A stretch of DNA of 64,000 bases from Mantamonas sphyraenae STR306 (Eukaryota > Protista > CRuMs). Shown here piece after piece: positions 60,644 through 64,000 of this stretch. Positions within the stretch are counted from its first letter, which is position 1. The number at the start of each line of letters is the position of its first letter. The translations under genes and the position numbers were made by a program. The notes beneath the pieces are model-generated. The model was given only the letters and a program-made list of their open reading frames with translations. It was not told the origin of the DNA and made no database searches. The stretch spans positions 434,001 through 498,000 of the forward strand of contig JAPMXV010000029.1 in NCBI GenBank assembly GCA_026936335.1, written 5' to 3'.

Positions 60644-61898
60644 AGTACGTTGCATGTCCACACACGCACACACACACGCACACACATACACGCTCAGTCG
60701 TGTTGAGCAGCACGTGCAATGATACAGCGCACAGTAGGGAGGGCAAAGAGTGGGAAACGCTGACGCGGAAGCGGGGTTTTGGAAATTTGCAGTGAGCAAG
60801 CGAGGACGTGGTGGTGCCACCGGACACAAATTCCGCATGACTCTGGGTCTGCCCAACGCAGCCCTGATCAACTGCGCTGACAACAGCGGTGCCAAGAACC
60901 TGTACATCATTGCTGTGGTCGGCGTGAAGGGCCGCCTGAACCGCATGCCTTCTGCTGCGGCTGGGGACCTGGTGATGGCTACGGTGAAGAAGGGCAAGCC
61001 CGACCTGAGGAAGAAGGGTATGTGGGATGTGGTGTGGAGACGTGGGAGGGAGACGGAGGCCAGGGGGAAGGGTGGGAGGGGTGTTTGTGGCGGAGCGTGT
61101 TTTTTGCATGCGAGGGCGAGAGACGGGAGAGGAAAGGGCAGAGGAAAGAAGACGGAGGAGAGAAAACTGACACATGGAGGGTGTACACAGTGTGGCCTGC
61201 AGTGGTTGTGCGCCAGCGCAAGGCATGGCGCCGCAAGGACGGCGTGTACCTTTACTTTGAGGGTGAGTTTGGGCGTGGGAGCAAAGTGCATGGCGGCGGC
61301 GGCGGGGAGGAAGAGGGAAACGAAGGGAAGGAGGCGAGTGAAGGGGACAGGAGTGCATGGGATGGGGTGGATGGGTGGATTGGGTGCAGATGGTGTGTGG
61401 ATGGGGTCTCTGCTGGCGGGCGATGATTAGAACAGCGTGACTGAGGGTTTTTCCTGGGCTGTTTGTCCAGACCCGCCAAAGCGTGATTGAGAACCCCAAA
61501 ACACAATCATCTTTCGGGGCTGAGCCACAACCAGCGTGGAGACCCAGTGGTGGAAGGGACGGGTGGTGCGTGTGTTGGAAAGCACACATGGAAGAGGCGG
61601 TGTGCCGTGTTGCATGTGCACGTGGCGGTGGTGAAATGGGGCGGGTGTGAGAGATGGTTTTTGGGGGCTGTGCATGAAGGCGGGCCCGTGTGGCAGCTGT
61701 GTGTGTGGTGTGTTGGGGTTTTAAGTGGCAGAGTGCTGACGCAGTTTGGGTTGGAAATGGATGTGACGCACAGACAACGCTGGTGTGATCGTGAACAACA
61801 AGGGCGAGATGAAGGGCTCTGTGGTGAACGGTCCGGTGGCCAAGGAGTGCGCTGAGCTGTGGCCCAAGATTGCCAGCTCGTCGAGCACGATTGTGTAA
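60644..61898 (+). CDS. RPL23: 60S ribosomal protein L23 (uL14), copy 2; coding exons 60644, 60793-61017, 61191-61262, 61774-61898
   Basis: Same protein as copy 1; GT-AG junctions in phase. Confidence 0.96.
61414..61527 (+). ncRNA. Intronic box C/D snoRNA, snR39B/SNORD2-type (LSU Gm805, yeast numbering), copy 2
   Basis: UGGC/GCCA terminal stem, C-like CGAUGA, D' CUGA at 61441, C'-like GUGAUU, guide AUCAUCUUUCGGG antisense to the conserved LSU CCCGAAAGAUGGU, D box CUGA at 61520-61523. Confidence 0.82.
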
Positions 61899-62012
61899 AG
61901 AATGCACAAGAGATTGGACACACACACACACACTCTCTCTCCCTCTCTATTCTTGTTTGTGACCTGCTGTTGGCAGTGTTCCGTTCATTTCGTCCAACAC
62001 AATTCGAATTGT

Positions 62013-63983
62013 TTACGTCCAGTGCAGAGAGCCCTCCAGGACAGCCACAATGACCAGAGAGAGGGGGTAGCACAGGGAGACCGGGATGCACCACCACATG
62101 TTAAAGGTGCGGCGGGACATGCCGATGGCGCCCATGATCCATGTAATGATGAGGATGCACAGGGTCTCTGCACTGAAGGTCCATGCGAGGCCACGGAAGC
62201 AGATGAGGGCAAAGAAGATGGCCAGACACAGTGTGTTGTTCATGATGGCGGCGCCGTACAGTGCGCTGTAGGTCATGCCTGTGATGCGCTTCTTCTTGGC
62301 CTTGGCCAGGAGGATGGAGGAGATGAGTTCGGAAGCGTTGGAGCAGAACGGAGTCACGATGAAGGAGATGTAGAACAGCGGGATCTTGACGGTGTTGCCA
62401 AACTCTGTGATGACATCGACCATGGGGTCGGAGAAGACAGCAACGAGGGCTGTGCCGGCCACCAGCAGGTACGTGGACTGCATGGCAATCTGCTTGGCGT
62501 TCAGTTCGGGCTCCTCGTCTTCCTGCACGTCAGCCTCGGCAGCGTTGACGTTGGTGGCGGACGCAGACTTGGCCTTGGCCTTCCAGCGGTTGCCAAACTT
62601 GAGGGCGGCGCCCACGTTGGGTTCGTCGCTGGCCTTGCTGAGCAGGGGCGAGGCAGCAGTGGCACTGTCCATCATGCGGGAGGACACTCGCTTGAGCATG
62701 TGCTGGATGGCCGTCTGGGCGATGGCTCGTCGCTTGGCCTCCTTCATGCGCTTCTCCTGCAGCTGCGGGTTCATCAGCTGGAAGATGCTGTAACCAACCA
62801 GAGCCACGCAGCAGACAATGAAACCGGCAAGGGCATAGCCGCTCTCGGCCTTCTTGGCCGTCTCCGAGTCTGGGTTGCCCAGGTACGTAAACGCGACGCC
62901 CTGCACAATGAGGTAGGACAACGACGTGGCAATCATGATCTTGGAGTTGAGGGCCGTGTCATCGTCCACAGTCACACCCGTGCGCGACCAGCTCGTGGAC
63001 GACAGCGTCTCATCCACCGTCTCGCCGTTGACAATGTCGCAGCGCGCCGCAAACAGCACCGCCACCCACGGCACCGTCAGCAGCATGACTGTGGAGCCTG
63101 CCAGCGTGCCCACGCCCACAGCAAGCTGCTCCTGCGCCTCGGCCACAGTGCCACCGGCTCCAGAAACAACAATAATCGCCGCGTCGGGAACAGCGCCCAA
63201 AACGGGCAGCAGCAAGGCGCCAATGACACCGGGATCCAGGATCTGTGAGCCACAGCGGGGTGAGGTCAGTACAATGCGCACACATGCACGGGTTGTGCGG
63301 CTTCGTTTTGTGCCCACCGTTCACGGTGCAGCATCTTGGGATCGCCGAGGGGAGTGGGGGAAGGGCCGCACGCGAAAAAGTGCCCATGAATTTGCGCGCA
63401 TGGAAAACACTCACCTCCAGCAGCAGTTCGCACCCGTCAGAGATCAACTTTGCGCCTGTGCGAGCACCACGAATGCGGATGGGTAAGGGAGCGGGCGGGC
63501 CGGAGAGATGGGGCGTGGGTGTGTTAGGTTCGCCGGCGTGTTGGGAAGGAAATGAGGCCTCGCGGTGACACGAGCCGCGTGGACGCAAAAGACGGCGGTG
63601 GCCGGTGCACAAGGCACCCCTATGCGGAGGCAGGACGAGAGGGGAAGAGTAAGCGTACCGACGGCCAGGATGACGCCGTAGATGAGCATGAGAAAGATTT
63701 GGCCAACGACGTTGTTGGAGCAAGGGAAGAGGCCAAAGGTGTCGCAGGGCGGTGTGCAGATATCCTTGCAGGCATTGCCCTGGCAGATGCCAGAGGCACA
63801 GGTGAAGGAAGCGTTGGCCACGGCAGCAGGGGCCATGCAGCTGCTGGATGAGTCACACCACACACAGTGGGAGTCCTTGAGCGAGGAGCAGTCACCGCAG
63901 CTCTTTTGCGCCGCACAATCGGCCATCGCCGTGGCTGCCAGACACGACAGCACCACAATCAACACAATGGATCGCATCATCAT
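62013..63983 (-). CDS. NCL-type Na+/Ca2+ exchanger-like protein (CaCA superfamily) with a signal peptide and a PSI-like Cys-rich domain; 2 introns
   Basis: CDTFGLFPCSNNVVGQIFLMLIYG, ISDGCELLLE|ILDPG.IG.LLLP.LGA.PDA, AQEQ..VG.G.LAGSTVMLLT, FSDPMVD, PFCSNASE, LYGAAIMNNTLCL. Confidence 0.9.
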
Positions 63984-64000
63984 CTTCGTAGCGAGTGGGT

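Larger units (their letters stand above)
60501..61948. repeat. Right arm of the ~1.45-kb inverted repeat (RPL23 duplication)
   Basis: Reverse complement of 55290-56744. Confidence 0.95.

Noticed and set aside
55290-61948. Composite transposon interpretation of the inverted repeat
   Set aside because: The arms are ribosomal protein genes, and no transposase/recombinase or target-site duplication is visible

Overview
Very gene-dense, GC-rich eukaryotic (protist-type) nuclear DNA with short GT-AG introns that often carry CA/GT repeats. I can support about 26 protein-coding genes: SMC1, LCB1, an NT5DC nucleotidase, an LRR-ANK-F-box protein, RIC8, PEX7, a CNG-like channel, a Clu-TPR-LRR protein, a UBL-TM-ARM protein, INTS6, an IP3R-like channel, a PHOSPHO-like phosphatase, an MscS-like channel, a 2-Cys peroxiredoxin, a ZNF474-like protein, a RING-TRAF-NHR ligase, ALG7, RanBP1, TOP6B, IFT88, two RPL23 copies, a Cys-less pentameric channel, COX5B, a CNEP1R1/Spo7-like protein and an NCL exchanger. 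IFT88 implies a flagellated organism. The most notable non-obvious elements are: (1) a ~395-nt intronic box C/D RNA in RanBP1 with a U27/snR74-type 18S guide and a ~300-nt structured domain inserted between its D' and C' boxes; (2) a second large, unexplained structured RNA candidate in the COX5B intron; (3) a ~1.45-kb inverted duplication of RPL23 (ATG split by an intron, snR39B/SNORD2-type snoRNA in intron 3) bracketing a three-gene cassette; (4) near-strict alternation of gene orientation, with seven head-to-head ATG gaps of only 34-125 bp and stop-to-stop gaps down to 15 bp. Four single-base frame breaks in otherwise intact genes most likely reflect consensus errors. Family assignments come from motif recognition by eye, exon boundaries were inferred manually, and no database searches were run.
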